In this document: positions 19,514 to 31,171 of the stretch, piece by piece | Position numbering within the stretch: position 1 is the first letter of the stretch | Layout: each line of letters begins with the position of its first letter | Source: an uncultured Gemmatimonadales bacterium | Lineage (GTDB): Bacteria; Gemmatimonadota; Gemmatimonadetes; Gemmatimonadales; GWC2-71-9 | Length of the DNA stretch: 64,000 nt | Reading direction: 5' to 3' | Assembly (NCBI GenBank): GCA_963695555.1 | Contig: CAVOGR010000012.1 | Span: 1 to 64,000, forward strand | Notes under the pieces: generated by a model | The model's database searches: none | Seen by the model: only the letters and a program-made list of their open reading frames with translations | What the model was told of the DNA's origin: nothing | Position numbers and translations under genes: made by a program

Positions 19514-19537
19514 ATGGAGCGGTTACAGCGTGACGTA

Positions 19538-19756
19538 CTATTTATGACGGTAGATCACGCGGCCACGCGTCAGATCGTAGGGGGACAGCACCACCGTGAC
19601 GCGGTCGCCCTCCAAGACCCGGATCTTGAACTTGCTCATCTTCCCAGCCGCATACGCCAGGACTTCATGGCCGTTTTCCAGGAGGACCCGGTAGTTCCGA
19701 TCGGGAAGCACCTCGGACACGACGCCTTCCATCTCAATGCCTTCTTCCTTCGCCAT
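19538..19756 (-). CDS. infA: Translation initiation factor IF-1
   Basis: [18 protein letters not shown]...[16 protein letters not shown]. Confidence 0.97.
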   Translation of the reverse strand: MAKEEGIEMEGVVSEVLPDRNYRVLLENGHEVLAYAAGKMSKFKIRVLEGDRVTVVLSPYDLTRGRVIYRHK

Positions 19757-19871
19757 CTAAGCACTCCACCTTCGGTGTGATTCGAGGACCGGGCTCCGAT
19801 GAGCCAGGTCGCGGCTTACAATCTCACTATTCACTGACCAAACCGCAACAGCGCTGTCTACAGGTGGGCCG

Positions 19872-21578
19872 TCACGACTCAGCAGCGAGCCGCCCTATCT
19901 CGCCGTCCACAAACCTGACGAGGGCGCGCATCTCGCCGGCATCGAAAAGGAGTCGTGCGCCGGCGCGGCCATATAGTGCCGGAAGCGACTGCGTCGCCCC
20001 GAGTGCCAGGGCGCTGCGATACTGGGCAAGGGCTTCCGCAGCATTCTCGAGACTCCGCCGCCACACTTGCAGCGCCCCCAACTGCGCGATGCCGTACTCG
20101 ATGTAGTAGAACGGATATGCAAAAATGTGAATCTGGCGATACCACCGGCCAATGCGCTCTCGTTCGAGATCCGACCAATCAACACCGGGGTCAAAGCGCT
20201 GGCGGATGGCGACCCACGCCTCATCCCGGGCCTGGGCATCGTGGCCACGGCCACTGGTATAGATCCAACTCTGGAACGCATCGACCGACGCGACATGGAG
20301 CAGAGTGGTCAAAATATCTTCGAGGTGTTCGAGGCGCGCCAATCGCAGTTCGTCCTGGGTGAGCAACTCCCCCGGATCCGATAAGTAGGGAGCCGCAAGC
20401 AGCTCCATGGACATGGAGGCAAGCTCCGCGGCCTCGGAGCCGGGCTGGCGCTGCCAAATGAACGGTTGGGCATGCGCCGCAAAGGAATGAAATGCATGCC
20501 CGGCCTCATGGAGAAGTGTCATGACATCATCCATGACGCCCACGGCGTTCATGAAGATGAACGGACGACCCCGCGATGCGAGCGTTTCACAGTACCCGCC
20601 GGGCGCCTTTCCCAGCCGGCTGTCCAGGTCGAGGAGTTGTTCGTCTATCATCGTCTTGAAATTCCGACCCAACACCGGGTCGAGCCGGTCGAAGATCCGC
20701 GCCGCTTTTTCACTGAGCTCGCGCCCGTCGGCGAAGGGCCGGACCGGGGATCGGAGATGGGGATCCACTGCCAGATCCCACGGCTTGAGGACTGGAACGC
20801 CCAACAGCTGCCTTCGGCTCTCACGGATCCGCTGCACCACCGGCACGACCTCCGATTCGACCGCCCGATGAAACGCCCGACAATCCACCGGTGAGTAGTC
20901 GTACCGGCACTTGGCAGCGAACGAGAATGCCTCAAAGTCGGGGAATCCCGCCTGTATCGCCGCCTTTTGGCGCAAGGCATACATCTCGTCGAACAGCGTG
21001 GCCAAGGCTTCATGGGATGCAAGATAGGGCGCAGTGATTCCATGGAACGCGCGCTCACGGATCGCTCGATCGGGACTCTTGAGATGGGGCGAGAGCTGCG
21101 GGACCGGCACCTCCTTGCCGTCCCACGTCGCGGTCATTCCGCCGGTTATCTCGTGGTACCGGCTCGAGAGATGCTCCAGCTCGGCAAAGACCTCGACATT
21201 CTCCTCGCGGAAGATGTCGACCGCGGTCCGGAATCGCCGGATCGTGGTCTCGAGGTCGGGACGACTCCAGCCGGTGGCCAGGAGCCGACGCACCAACCCC
21301 ACGCTCTGCTCTTCGAGCTTCGGGTAGATGTCGGTGGAGAAACGCAGATGTGCCGCCTGCTTCCCGGCGTCGGTCGTGTCCCCGGTGTAGGCAATCATGG
21401 CGAGGCCGGCCGCCTCCGTCACCAATTCCTCGAGCTGCGACCATGACGCGAGCCACGGCTCGATGTCCCCATCTCCCAGCGGAGCCTCGGCTAAGGTCAC
21501 ATAGTACGGCTCGATGTCACTCCAGGTGGCGTCGGCGAAGCCGGCGCTCGTAGCCGGAAGCTCACGGAACAGCGTCAC
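19872..21578 (-). CDS. M3 family oligoendopeptidase
   Basis: GKAPGGYC, LLHEAGHAFH (HEXXH), ELASMSME, PFYYIEY. Confidence 0.93.
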   Translation of the reverse strand: MTLFRELPATSAGFADATWSDIEPYYVTLAEAPLGDGDIEPWLASWSQLEELVTEAAGLAMIAYTGDTTDAGKQAAHLRFSTDIYPKLEEQSVGLVRRLLATGWSRPDLETTIRRFRTAVDIFREENVEVFAELEHLSSRYHEITGGMTATWDGKEVPVPQLSPHLKSPDRAIRERAFHGITAPYLASHEALATLFDEMYALRQKAAIQAGFPDFEAFSFAAKCRYDYSPVDCRAFHRAVESEVVPVVQRIRESRRQLLGVPVLKPWDLAVDPHLRSPVRPFADGRELSEKAARIFDRLDPVLGRNFKTMIDEQLLDLDSRLGKAPGGYCETLASRGRPFIFMNAVGVMDDVMTLLHEAGHAFHSFAAHAQPFIWQRQPGSEAAELASMSMELLAAPYLSDPGELLTQDELRLARLEHLEDILTTLLHVASVDAFQSWIYTSGRGHDAQARDEAWVAIRQRFDPGVDWSDLERERIGRWYRQIHIFAYPFYYIEYGIAQLGALQVWRRSLENAAEALAQYRSALALGATQSLPALYGRAGARLLFDAGEMRALVRFVDGEIGRLAAES

Positions 21579-21611
21579 GTCGTCTCCATCGATATTAGGT
21601 TCGGCATTGCC

Positions 21612-22841
21612 TCAGCCCCCAGTGGTCGGCTCGGCCACAGGGCCCTCGACGCCAGTGGCCACCCCAAGCGTCAGCACGCTCACCAGCATGAGAACTGCCG
21701 CAGCGGCAAAGAACGGCACCGCGTGCCCCAGCCGCTGAAACAGGAAGGTCGCCATGAGCGGGGCGGCAACCCTGGCCATTCCAGCGAACGCCTGCGCCGT
21801 CCCCATCGTGGCACCGACCTCTCCCTCCGGCGAGTAGCGGGACATGAGTGACGTAGTGGACGGAAAGAGCAGCGCGGTCCCAATGGGAACGAGCGGCATG
21901 ACGAGAATGACCAATTTGAGGCTGGGCATAAGTGGGTACAACACGAGCCCGACGGCGAGCGCCAACGCCCCGACGCGCATGGCCCAGCCTTCACCGATAC
22001 GCTCGACGATCGGGCCCAGCAAGAAGGAGCGGATGACAAAACTGAGCGCGCCGATGTAGAAGAAGAAGTATCCAATCGTCCGCGCGGTGATGGCGTATTC
22101 CGCCTCGAAGAACAGCGAAAAGACCGCGGTCAGAGACGTAAAGGCCAACATCCCGACGGCGTAGATCCAGATCAACCGTGGGACTCTTTGGCCGGGATGC
22201 AGCAAGACTTGGCCGACCGCATGCCAGATGGGCGCGCGCCTGGTTCCCGCAGCCTGCGCAGTGCCCGGCCGGGACTCCGGCAGCCACTTCCAGGCGAAGA
22301 ACACATTGATGAGGCAGAGACCAGCGGCGACGAACCCGGGTCCCCGCTGGCCGAGGTGCGCCGCTAAGGAGCCGAGGGCGGGTCCGATCATGACCCCGGC
22401 CGACGTCGCCGCCGATACCCACCCCAAGGCCCGGGCACGCTGCTCGGGTCGGACCATGTCGGACACATAGGCGTGGAGGACGCCGATCGTCCCTCCACCG
22501 AGACCCTGGACGATCCGGGACACGAAGAGGAGCCACACGGTCGTGGCCAGCCCAAAGACCACGTAGGCGATGGCAGAGGCCGTGAGTCCGATGAGGATGG
22601 CTGGACGCCGCCCGTAGCGATCGGACACCCGCCCCCAGATCGGGGCCGAAATCAGCTGCGCAATGGAGAAGGCGGAAATGATCCAGCCGATCACGACGGG
22701 ACTTGCACGCATGTCCAGGGCGTAGAACGGCAACAGTGGAATCACGATCATGAAACCGACCATGTCCACGAAGTTTGCAGCGATCAGTACGGCGAGCCGG
22801 CGAAATTGAACCGCGGAGGAGACGGTGTCGGTCGTCGTCAT
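21612..22841 (-). CDS. MFS transporter (TetA/DHA1-like)
   Basis: Motif A GRVSDRYGRRP; about 12 hydrophobic segments. Confidence 0.92.
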   Translation of the reverse strand: MTTTDTVSSAVQFRRLAVLIAANFVDMVGFMIVIPLLPFYALDMRASPVVIGWIISAFSIAQLISAPIWGRVSDRYGRRPAILIGLTASAIAYVVFGLATTVWLLFVSRIVQGLGGGTIGVLHAYVSDMVRPEQRARALGWVSAATSAGVMIGPALGSLAAHLGQRGPGFVAAGLCLINVFFAWKWLPESRPGTAQAAGTRRAPIWHAVGQVLLHPGQRVPRLIWIYAVGMLAFTSLTAVFSLFFEAEYAITARTIGYFFFYIGALSFVIRSFLLGPIVERIGEGWAMRVGALALAVGLVLYPLMPSLKLVILVMPLVPIGTALLFPSTTSLMSRYSPEGEVGATMGTAQAFAGMARVAAPLMATFLFQRLGHAVPFFAAAAVLMLVSVLTLGVATGVEGPVAEPTTGG

Positions 22842-24502
22842 GCACCGACCTCCCGCCGTTCACCGCCCAAGGCGAATACCACTGCGCTGGCGAGCATGAG
22901 AACGACGCCATAAGCGGCCGCGATACCCACGTCCGAGTCCCGGAGGCTCGAAAGAATCTCGAGCGAGATCGGCCGCGTATCGTAGGTATAGAGAATGATG
23001 GAGGTGACGAAATCGCCGAGCGCCGTGACGAACGCCAGCGTGGCCGCCGCCGTCAAGGCGGGCCGCAGGAGCGGAAGGGTCACACGGGTGAGGGTGCGCC
23101 ATGGACCGGCCCCGAGCGTCGCGGCGGCTTCCTCCAGCGAGGGATCGAGCTGGCGGAATCCGGCGACGATGCCCCGCCCCGCAATCGGCAGGTTCCGCAC
23201 CAGATAGGCGAGCGGCAAGATCCAAAAGGTTCCCACCAAGAGGAACCGCCCAGTCCATGGAGAAGACACGCTGAAGGCGGTTGCGATCGCGATCGCGAAC
23301 ACCGTCCCGGGCACCGCCCAGGGAAGCGCCAGCAGCGTTGTGATGATCCGCCGTGCCCGTACGCGCCGCCGCACGATCAGGATGGCCGCTGCGAGCGCGA
23401 GCGCCACCGCGGCGAGGGTCGCGACTGTGGCCATGGCCAGACTGTTGAGCAGGGGGCGAAGCCGAGCCGGCTCGCTCACCAGTGACACATAGTTCTCGAC
23501 CGAATAGGCCGGTGGGATGGACTCGGTGGTCCAGGTCCCCAATGGGACGAACGACACCAGGATGAGCGTCAGATGGGGCAGGAGGAGAACTACCGCAAGC
23601 GCCCACGCAGACGTCCCAGCCAATGCCCGGCTCCAGCGATGGTGGAGGCGCCGCGCAACCGGGGCAGCCCCTTTCGCCGGACCTACCAGCACATCCCCCC
23701 GGTCCCCCCGGCCAAAGACCCAAAATCCGACCAGCGCCAGTGACGCCAGTGCGGCTGTCTCGACCATTGCCAGCGAGTATTCCCCGTTCAGCCGCGTGCT
23801 GACGATCTGCGTCGTCATGACCCGGAAGCCACCCCCGAAGATGTACGGCGCGCTGAACGAGGCGAGCGACGTCATGAACGTGAGCAGGGCTGCACCGGTC
23901 AGAGCGGGACGCAGCAGCGGGAGCGTCACTTGACGGAATGTCCGCCACCGGCCCGCGCCCAAACTCGCGGCCGCCTCGAACAGGGAACCGTCCAGCCGGG
24001 CCAGACCAGCCCGCGCAAAGAGGTAGAAGTACACGTACATCGAATAGGCGTGCACCAGCAGGATGGCCCCGGCTCCTTCGAGGCGCCACGGTGGGCCATC
24101 CAATCGCAAGACCATGCGAACGAGATGCGAGACGAATCCGCTCTCGCCATACAAGAACAGGAAGGCGATCACGCCGACCAGCGGCGGGAGGACTGCAGGC
24201 AGCGCCACCAGACCACTCAAGATCCTCCGCCCCGGGAAGTCGTAGCGGGCGAACAGAAACGCGAGTGGGATCCCGATCGCGCCCGCCAGGCACACGCTGA
24301 CGGCGGAAATCCACAAGCTCCCCCAGAGTGCCGACCATTCATTCTTCCGGCCGGCAAACTGCCGAAGAAACTCGGTCGTCCAGTTGCCGGGGCCACCCAC
24401 GCTTTCGAGGAGGACCAGCGCGATCGGGTAGATCACGAGCCACCCCAACAGGACGACCAGCGCCCACCCGGCGAGTTGACCGTGATTCCTTCCGGCCCTC
24501 AT
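22838..24502 (-). CDS. ABC transporter permease, FbpB/ThiP-like (fused double domain)
   Basis: Two EAA motifs: LFEAAASLGA and LEEAAATLGA. Confidence 0.9.
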   Translation of the reverse strand: MRAGRNHGQLAGWALVVLLGWLVIYPIALVLLESVGGPGNWTTEFLRQFAGRKNEWSALWGSLWISAVSVCLAGAIGIPLAFLFARYDFPGRRILSGLVALPAVLPPLVGVIAFLFLYGESGFVSHLVRMVLRLDGPPWRLEGAGAILLVHAYSMYVYFYLFARAGLARLDGSLFEAAASLGAGRWRTFRQVTLPLLRPALTGAALLTFMTSLASFSAPYIFGGGFRVMTTQIVSTRLNGEYSLAMVETAALASLALVGFWVFGRGDRGDVLVGPAKGAAPVARRLHHRWSRALAGTSAWALAVVLLLPHLTLILVSFVPLGTWTTESIPPAYSVENYVSLVSEPARLRPLLNSLAMATVATLAAVALALAAAILIVRRRVRARRIITTLLALPWAVPGTVFAIAIATAFSVSSPWTGRFLLVGTFWILPLAYLVRNLPIAGRGIVAGFRQLDPSLEEAAATLGAGPWRTLTRVTLPLLRPALTAAATLAFVTALGDFVTSIILYTYDTRPISLEILSSLRDSDVGIAAAYGVVLMLASAVVFALGGERREVGA

Positions 24503-25602
24503 GCCTGGGCCCTCGGGTACACATGCACCCCCTGCCCCGTAGGTGCGACACCGACACGATCGCCAATGGCCGCGGCATCGGGCAGTGCGCTCACCTCGAT
24601 GATCAGCCCTCGGTCGGTCTCGACCGTAAACTGGGCGAGCGCTCCGGTAAACCGGCGACCGACGACCTCGCCGGACAACACAGTCGACGCCGGGTTCGCC
24701 AACCGCACGCTCTCTGGGCGGACAACGAGCAATACGCGCTCCTCGATGCCCGGCACCCAGGTACCGCTCTGTGAACGAGCCACGATCCACTCGACACCGT
24801 CGACTTCCAGCCAGAGGCTCTGGTCGTCCTGCCGCCGGACCAGGGCGTCCAATCGGCTCGAGCGGCCGACGAATCCCGCGACGAATGCGCTCCTCGGCGA
24901 GCCGTACAGCTCGTCGGCGGTCCCGACTTGTTCGAGACGCCCGCCCGCGAGGAGGGCCACCCGGTCACCGAGATCGAATGCTTCTTCCTGCTCGTGTGTC
25001 ACTAGGACCGTCGTGATGCCGATGCGGTGGATCACGCTCCGGAGCTCCCGACGGGTGCGCTCCCGAAGCGACGGATCGAGATTCGAGAGCGGCTCATCCA
25101 GGAGCAGCACGCGTGGTTCCGGGGCCAGGGCGCGCGCGAGGGCCACCCGCTGCTGCTGCCCACCGGACAGCTCTGTCACCCGCCGCCGCTCGAAGCCCGC
25201 CAGGTCGACCAACCGGAGTGCCTCCCCGATGCGTTGGACCAGCGCATCCCCGCGCACGCCACGGCTCCGCAGCCCGAACGCCACGTTCTCCGCCACATCC
25301 AGATGGGGAAAGAGCGCGTAGTGCTGGAACACCATGCCGAAGCGCCGGCCAACCGGTGTGGTGCGCGTTACATCCTGGCCCTCGAGCACGATGCGTCCGG
25401 TATCCGGCGCCTCGAACCCGGCAAGGAGCCGCAGGGTCGTGGTCTTGCCGCTTCCGCTGGGACCGAGGAGCGCGAGAATCTCCCCTCGGTCGATGGAGAG
25501 ACTCAGGTCTTCGACCGCGGCGGTCCCGGCAAATCGCTTCGTGAGATGTTCGAGCATCAGAAACGAGGCCGGCGATGCCGGTGTGGACCCGGCACCGGTC
25601 AC
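24499..25602 (-). CDS. ABC transporter ATP-binding protein (FbpC/PotA-like, TOBE domain)
   Basis: GPSGSGKT, LSGGQQQR, LLLDEP. Confidence 0.92.
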   Translation of the reverse strand: MTGAGSTPASPASFLMLEHLTKRFAGTAAVEDLSLSIDRGEILALLGPSGSGKTTTLRLLAGFEAPDTGRIVLEGQDVTRTTPVGRRFGMVFQHYALFPHLDVAENVAFGLRSRGVRGDALVQRIGEALRLVDLAGFERRRVTELSGGQQQRVALARALAPEPRVLLLDEPLSNLDPSLRERTRRELRSVIHRIGITTVLVTHEQEEAFDLGDRVALLAGGRLEQVGTADELYGSPRSAFVAGFVGRSSRLDALVRRQDDQSLWLEVDGVEWIVARSQSGTWVPGIEERVLLVVRPESVRLANPASTVLSGEVVGRRFTGALAQFTVETDRGLIIEVSALPDAAAIGDRVGVAPTGQGVHVYPRAQA

Positions 25603-26723
25603 CGTACGTCCTTTGCGGCTGACTTCCCGGTGCCCCGCACGTGTTGATCCCAATAGGACATCCACGCGGGGCCGTCGTGGGCGAGCATGTCCCAATCCAC
25701 GTTGGCCACCACCATGTCCCGTTCGACCTCACTGACCCAATCTGGCATCGAATCAAGCGGCAGGTCGTGTCGAGCCGGCACGCGGAAAACCCCGCGCGCC
25801 GTAAGCAGCTGTGCCTCTTTGCTACCGACGAAGTCGATGAACCGCTTGGCGGCGTTCGGGTGGCGGGCTCCCCGCACGAGTCCGATGGCGTCCTCGATGA
25901 CGACCGTGCCGCTCTTGGGGAATACGTATCCGAACGGTGCTCCCTTCGACCGGCTGATCAGGATGTCCTGAAGGTCCCACAGCGTGACGAGGCCCTCCTG
26001 CCGCGTGAGTTTTTCCACCAGGATGGCGGGGTTGAGGGTGTAGGTCTTTGTGTTGGCGTCGAGCCGCCGTAACCAGGCCATGCCCGCGGTCGTGTCTCCC
26101 GTGGTGGCGATACTCCGCTGAATGATCAGCCCCCAGATGGCACGCATGGTACCGCTTGCCATCGGGTCGCGGATGAGGACCTTCCCCGCCCACCGCGCCT
26201 CGAGTACGTCATCCCAATCCTGCGGCGCCTCCTCCGGAGCCAGTGCGGCGGCATTGTACGCGATCACCGCGGGGGTTCGGTATGCCGGGTAGTAGAGGTC
26301 GCGCGGTCCGATGCCATCGTCACCGACCGCCGACGCCCAGGCAGGCCGATAGGGCGCGAGCAGGGAATCGCGGATGCCACGGTCGAAGATGGTGGAAGGT
26401 CCGCCAAACCAGACGTCGGCCTGAGGGCTCTGCCGCTCGAACCTCAGTCGGTCGAGGATCTCCTGGCTTCCCATATCGAGCCAGCGAAGGTCGACATCGG
26501 GGTTCTTGGCTTCAAAGGCCCGCTCGAGGAGTTCGAGTTGGTCCCGCCCATGCGGCGTGTACACGAGCAGCCGCTCACGGGAATCTCCACTGCATCCGGC
26601 GAGCAGCACCACCAGCGCCGCAGCCATCCAAAGCGCGGCCGTGCTCGCCACCCGTTGACACGCGTTCCGGGTTGCAATCAGGGAGTGCCCTTGGGTCCGG
26701 AAGAGGGGGAGATCGTTAGCCAT
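25599..26723 (-). CDS. ABC substrate-binding lipoprotein (FbpA/AfuA-like)
   Basis: LLAGC lipobox, PQADVWFGG, DPMASGT. Start uncertain. Confidence 0.85.
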   Translation of the reverse strand: MANDLPLFRTQGHSLIATRNACQRVASTAALWMAAALVVLLAGCSGDSRERLLVYTPHGRDQLELLERAFEAKNPDVDLRWLDMGSQEILDRLRFERQSPQADVWFGGPSTIFDRGIRDSLLAPYRPAWASAVGDDGIGPRDLYYPAYRTPAVIAYNAAALAPEEAPQDWDDVLEARWAGKVLIRDPMASGTMRAIWGLIIQRSIATTGDTTAGMAWLRRLDANTKTYTLNPAILVEKLTRQEGLVTLWDLQDILISRSKGAPFGYVFPKSGTVVIEDAIGLVRGARHPNAAKRFIDFVGSKEAQLLTARGVFRVPARHDLPLDSMPDWVSEVERDMVVANVDWDMLAHDGPAWMSYWDQHVRGTGKSAAKDVR

Positions 26724-26804
26724 GGGGACGGAAAAGGTAATCCGCTCACCGGCGGAGTGCCTACCCGGTGTCGCGCTGCGACGGCAGTCGGCCAAAGGGA
26801 TTGA

Positions 26805-27683
26805 CTAGCGAACCGCGTTAGAGACCAAGAGGGCCAGGAGAGCGGGGAGATAGAGCACCGACGCTTTGAATAGGCGTCCGGCGGCATGGCGTGAGGGGCA
26901 CCGGGCCGCCTGCCACGCCGCCCGCAGCATCCAGCCGGAGAGGCCCAAGGCGCCCCAGAAGTATAGCCAGCCGGCCAATCCGAAGGCTACCGGCGCCAAG
27001 GAGAACGGCACCAGCACGAGGGTGTAGAGCGTGGCCTGTCGGAACGTCACGGTCCCGTCCTGGTCATCCACGCTCAGCATGTGGAGCCCGGCGCGAGAGT
27101 AATCCTCTCGGTACATCCACGCGAGCGCGAGGAAGTGCGGGATCTGCCACAAGAAGAGCACCGCAAAGAGCACCAGCGCTTCACCGCCCAGCGGCCCACC
27201 GGCGGCGACCCACCCACCGACGATTGGCAGCGCGCCGGGCACGGCGCCGACCAGCGTTGCCAGCGAGGTCGTGCGCTTGAGGGGCGTGTAGAGGAAGACG
27301 TAGGTCAGCAGGGTCAGAGCCGCAAGCGCCGCCACCATGGGAGCAACCAGCAGAGCCAAGTAGCCAACGCCCAGCGCGCCACCTGTCCAGGCCACGACGC
27401 CGGCCGCGCGAACCGTTATTCTCCCGGTTGGCAGCGGGCGATTGGCGGTGCGGTGCATCAGCGCGTCGACGTCGCGTTCGAGAATCTGATTCAACGCATT
27501 GGTGCCGGCTGCCACCATCGCCGTCCCGATCAGGGTATGGAACAGGAGCACCCAGCGGATATCGGTTGGATTGGCCACGTAGAAGCCGGCGGCTACCGTG
27601 ACGAGCACCAGGCCGACGATCCGGGCCTTGGCGAGCTCGAGGAAGTCGGCGGGACGTGCTACTGAGGGGGTCGGGAGAGCCAT
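26805..27683 (-). CDS. cyoE: Protoheme IX farnesyltransferase (heme o synthase)
   Basis: NQILERDVDALMHRTANRPLP, YTPLKR, LWQIPHF, YREDY. Confidence 0.93.
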   Translation of the reverse strand: MALPTPSVARPADFLELAKARIVGLVLVTVAAGFYVANPTDIRWVLLFHTLIGTAMVAAGTNALNQILERDVDALMHRTANRPLPTGRITVRAAGVVAWTGGALGVGYLALLVAPMVAALAALTLLTYVFLYTPLKRTTSLATLVGAVPGALPIVGGWVAAGGPLGGEALVLFAVLFLWQIPHFLALAWMYREDYSRAGLHMLSVDDQDGTVTFRQATLYTLVLVPFSLAPVAFGLAGWLYFWGALGLSGWMLRAAWQAARCPSRHAAGRLFKASVLYLPALLALLVSNAVR

Positions 27684-27787
27684 TCCTATCCTTACGTGGG
27701 CAATTGGCACAAAATAACCGTCCCTTCGGCAGGCGCTATCCCGCGAGCGGCAATCGACTCTGGGACCTCGATCCGCGCTCCCGAAGG

Positions 27788-28138
27788 TTATGCGGACGAA
27801 CCCGCGCCGTGGGCAAGCGGAGCCCGGCAGCGCGGGCATCCACACATCGATCGTAGTAGCTCGTAAGTATAGATGCCGGTGGCGTGGCCGTCGCTCCACG
27901 TCACCCTGATCCCGTATGCCCCGACCAGCGCCACCGCCACCGGCCGCACATCGCCAGGGACCGTCTCCGGGTTCAGGAGCGGGCGGCCGGTCATCTCTTC
28001 CTTACAGCCCGCGCACGGGCAGGCCATTCGGAGGTCCCGCGCACCAAGAAACGTCTCGTGGCCGCTTCGGTCCCATTCGATGCGAACGCCCGCGTCCTCG
28101 CGGCTAATCGTGACGGGGATGGAAGCTGGTCCGGGCAT
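27788..28138 (-). CDS. DUF971 (gamma-butyrobetaine hydroxylase N-terminal-like) protein
   Basis: LRMACPCAGC, VGAYGI, WSDGHATGIY. Confidence 0.85.
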   Translation of the reverse strand: MPGPASIPVTISREDAGVRIEWDRSGHETFLGARDLRMACPCAGCKEEMTGRPLLNPETVPGDVRPVAVALVGAYGIRVTWSDGHATGIYTYELLRSMCGCPRCRAPLAHGAGSSA

Positions 28139-28295
28139 GATTCCTAAGGTACACTGGTCACGTACGGTCGGCAGGTGCGGCGGACACCCGAGGCGCGACG
28201 TGCGGCGACAGGCCTCTCGAGCATGCTCCGTTTATATTGCCACCATCGCTCAACCGTGCTGGCATACCTCGTTCCCTTCCAACTCGACCATCAAC

Positions 28296-31090
28296 ATGGC
28301 AACCACAGCCCACAATCCGTTTGGCACCCGTGGCTCCATCTCGCTGGGAAATCAGTCGGCCACCGTCTACCGACTGCCCGAACTGGAGCGGCAAGGCCTG
28401 ACGACATTGGCGCGCCTCCCCTTCTCCATCCGTATTCTCCTGGAAAATGTGCTTCGCCATTGTGGCCGTGGGGCGGCAACCGAAGACCATGTCGCGAAGT
28501 TGGCCCACTGGGAAGCGCTTGCGAATGGACCCCGTGATGAGGTCCCCTTCATGCCAGCCCGCGTGGTCCTGCAGGATTTTACCGGGGTGCCGAGCGTCGT
28601 CGACTTGGCGGCGATGCGCGATGCGATGGCCCAGATGGGGGGCGATCCGGACAAGATCAACCCTGTCGTCCCGTGCGACTTGGTCATCGATCACTCGGTT
28701 CAGGTGGACTTCTACAACTCCGAGAAGGCCGTTCAGCTGAACGTGCAACTCGAAATGGAGCGGAACCGGGAACGGTATCAACTCTTGAAATATGCCCAGC
28801 AGGCTTTTCGGAACTTCCGGGTGGTGCCCCCCGGCACGGGCATCGTGCACCAAGTGAACCTGGAATACCTCGCATCGACGGTGCAACTGCGCGACCAATT
28901 CGGTGAGCTCACCGCCTTCCCCGATACGCTGGTTGGCACCGATTCCCACACCACGATGATCAACGGCCTTGGTGTGATGGGATGGGGCGTCGGCGGGATC
29001 GAAGCCGAGGCGGTCATGCTGGGGCAACCCTACTTCATGCTGGTGCCCGACGTGGTCGGCATGAAGCTCGTGGGCGAGCTTCCGCTCGGCACCACGGCGA
29101 CCGATCTCGTCCTGCGAGTCACCAAGATGCTGCGCCAGGCGGGCGTCGTCGGCAAGTTCGTCGAGTTCCACGGTCCGGGGCTGTCACGGCTGTCCTTGGC
29201 CGATCGCGCGACCATCGCCAACATGTCGCCCGAATACGGCGCCACGATGGGGTTCTTCCCGATCGATGCGGAGACACTCCGGTATCTCCGTGCCACCGGT
29301 CGGCCGGCGGAGGTGGTCGAACGGGTGGAGCGCTACTGTAAGGATCAGAACCTCTTTCACACGGCGCGGACTCCGGACCCGGAATTTACGACCCTGCTGG
29401 AGCTCGACCTCGCAACACTGGAGCCCAGCGTTGCCGGCCCCAGGCGCCCGCAAGATCTGGTTCCACTTCGGGAGCTGAAGCGGAACTTCGCGATCAGTCT
29501 TCCGGACCTGATGCATGCGAATACCCCCGCTCCGCGTCGCCAGATCGCCCAGGCCAACTATTCGCGGTGGATGAACGAAGGCGGCAGCGACAACGGGGCG
29601 GGCTCGGCCAAGGCCGCGGCGCCCGCCTCGACCGTGGAGGCGGACCTCGGGGGAGTCCAGGTTGCACTCCAGGACGGTTCCGTGGTCATCGCCGCCATTA
29701 CCAGTTGTACCAACACCTCCAATCCGTCGGTCATGATCGGCGCGGGGCTCCTGGCCAAGAAGGCGGTCGCGAGGGGCCTCAAGGCCCGGCCTTGGGTCAA
29801 GACCAGCATGGCCCCCGGATCCCGCGTGGTGACCGATTACCTCACCGGCTCGGGGCTGCTGCCGTCCCTGGCCGCGCTCGGGTTCCAAGTCGTGGGGTAC
29901 GGCTGTACCACGTGCATCGGCAACAGCGGCCCGCTGCCCGAGCCCGTGGCCCGGGCCATCGATGAGCATCACTTGGTTGCGGCCGCGGTCCTGAGCGGCA
30001 ACCGGAACTTCGAAGCGCGGATCCATCCGCAGGTGCGTGCCAGTTACCTCGCCTCTCCGCTCCTCGTGGTGGCCTTCGCTCTGGTCGGCCGCGTCGACAT
30101 CGATCTTGTGCACGAGCCGCTCGGAACGGACCCGGATGGCCAGCCGGTCTTCCTGCGCGACATCTGGCCCTCCCAACAGGAAGTCCATGAGGCCATGAGC
30201 GGATCGCTCAATCCCGGCCTCTACGTCCATCAGTACAGCCGGGTGTTCGAAGGAGACGACCAATGGGCCGCCCTCGAGGCCCCGCCAGGGAAGCGGTTCG
30301 CATGGGACCCCGCCTCCACCTACGTCCGGGAGCCGCCCTTCTTTCAGGATCTTCCCCATGCCCCGCCACCGTTGGCCGACATCGTCGACGCCCGCGTGCT
30401 GGTCAGCCTCGGTGACACCGTCACCACGGACCACATCTCGCCGGCTGGGGCGATCCCCAAGGACGGGCCGGCCGCACGCTATCTGCGCGAGCACGGAGTG
30501 GAGTCCGTCGATTGGAATACCTTCGGCTCCCGCCGAGGCAACCACGAAGTGATGATGCGGGGAACGTTTGGGAACGTCCGGATCAAGAACCGTTTGGCCC
30601 CGGCAAGGAGGGCAATTGGACGGTCCACTTGCCCAGCGGCGAGGTCGTCTCGATGTACGACGCCGCCATGCGCTACCAGGCCGAAGGAACGCCACTCATC
30701 GTGCTGGCGGGGAAGGAATACGGGACCGGGTCGAGTCGCGACTGGGCCGCGAAGGGGACGACGCTCCTGGGTGTCAAGGCGGTGCTCGCTGCAAGTTACG
30801 AGCGGATCCACCGCAGCAACCTGCTTGGCATGGGGGTGCTGCCACTCGCCTTCGAGCCCGGCCAGAATGCGGAAGCCCTCAGACTCACGGGCCGCGAGTA
30901 TTACAGCATCACGGGCATTGCCAACGGGCTCAAACCGGGAGGTCGGGTTGAGGTGCGTGCCCGGGGCGATACCGGGAAGGAGATCGTGTTCCCGGCTGTC
31001 GTACGCCTCAACTCCGACATCGAGATCGACTACTACCGTCACGGCGGCATTCTCCAGCGCGTGCTGCGCACCTTTGCCGCGGACACGTAG
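28296..31090 (+). CDS. acnA: Aconitate hydratase AcnA; one frameshift near 30600 (probable missing C in a homopolymer)
   Basis: QDFTGVP, GTDSHT, AITSCTNTSNP, GCTTCIGNSG, TTDHISP; the second frame carries GTGSSRDWAAKG and GGILQRVLR. Confidence 0.95.
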
Positions 31091-31107
31091 CATCCGAACC
31101 CAGCAGT

Positions 31108-31150
31108 CGACACAAAGGCCCCTCCGCGATGCGGAGGGGCCTTTGTGTCG
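31108..31150. terminator. Bidirectional terminator between acnA and the sigma factor gene
   Basis: cgacacaaaggcccctccgc-gat-gcggaggggcctttgtgtcg perfect stem. Confidence 0.85.
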
Positions 31151-31171
31151 GCCTTGGTAAGGCGGCGTCGG

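Noticed and set aside
30590..30615. acnA frameshift as programmed frameshifting or true pseudogene
   Set aside because: One missing C in a C-run restores the frame and both halves are fully conserved; a typical long-read error.
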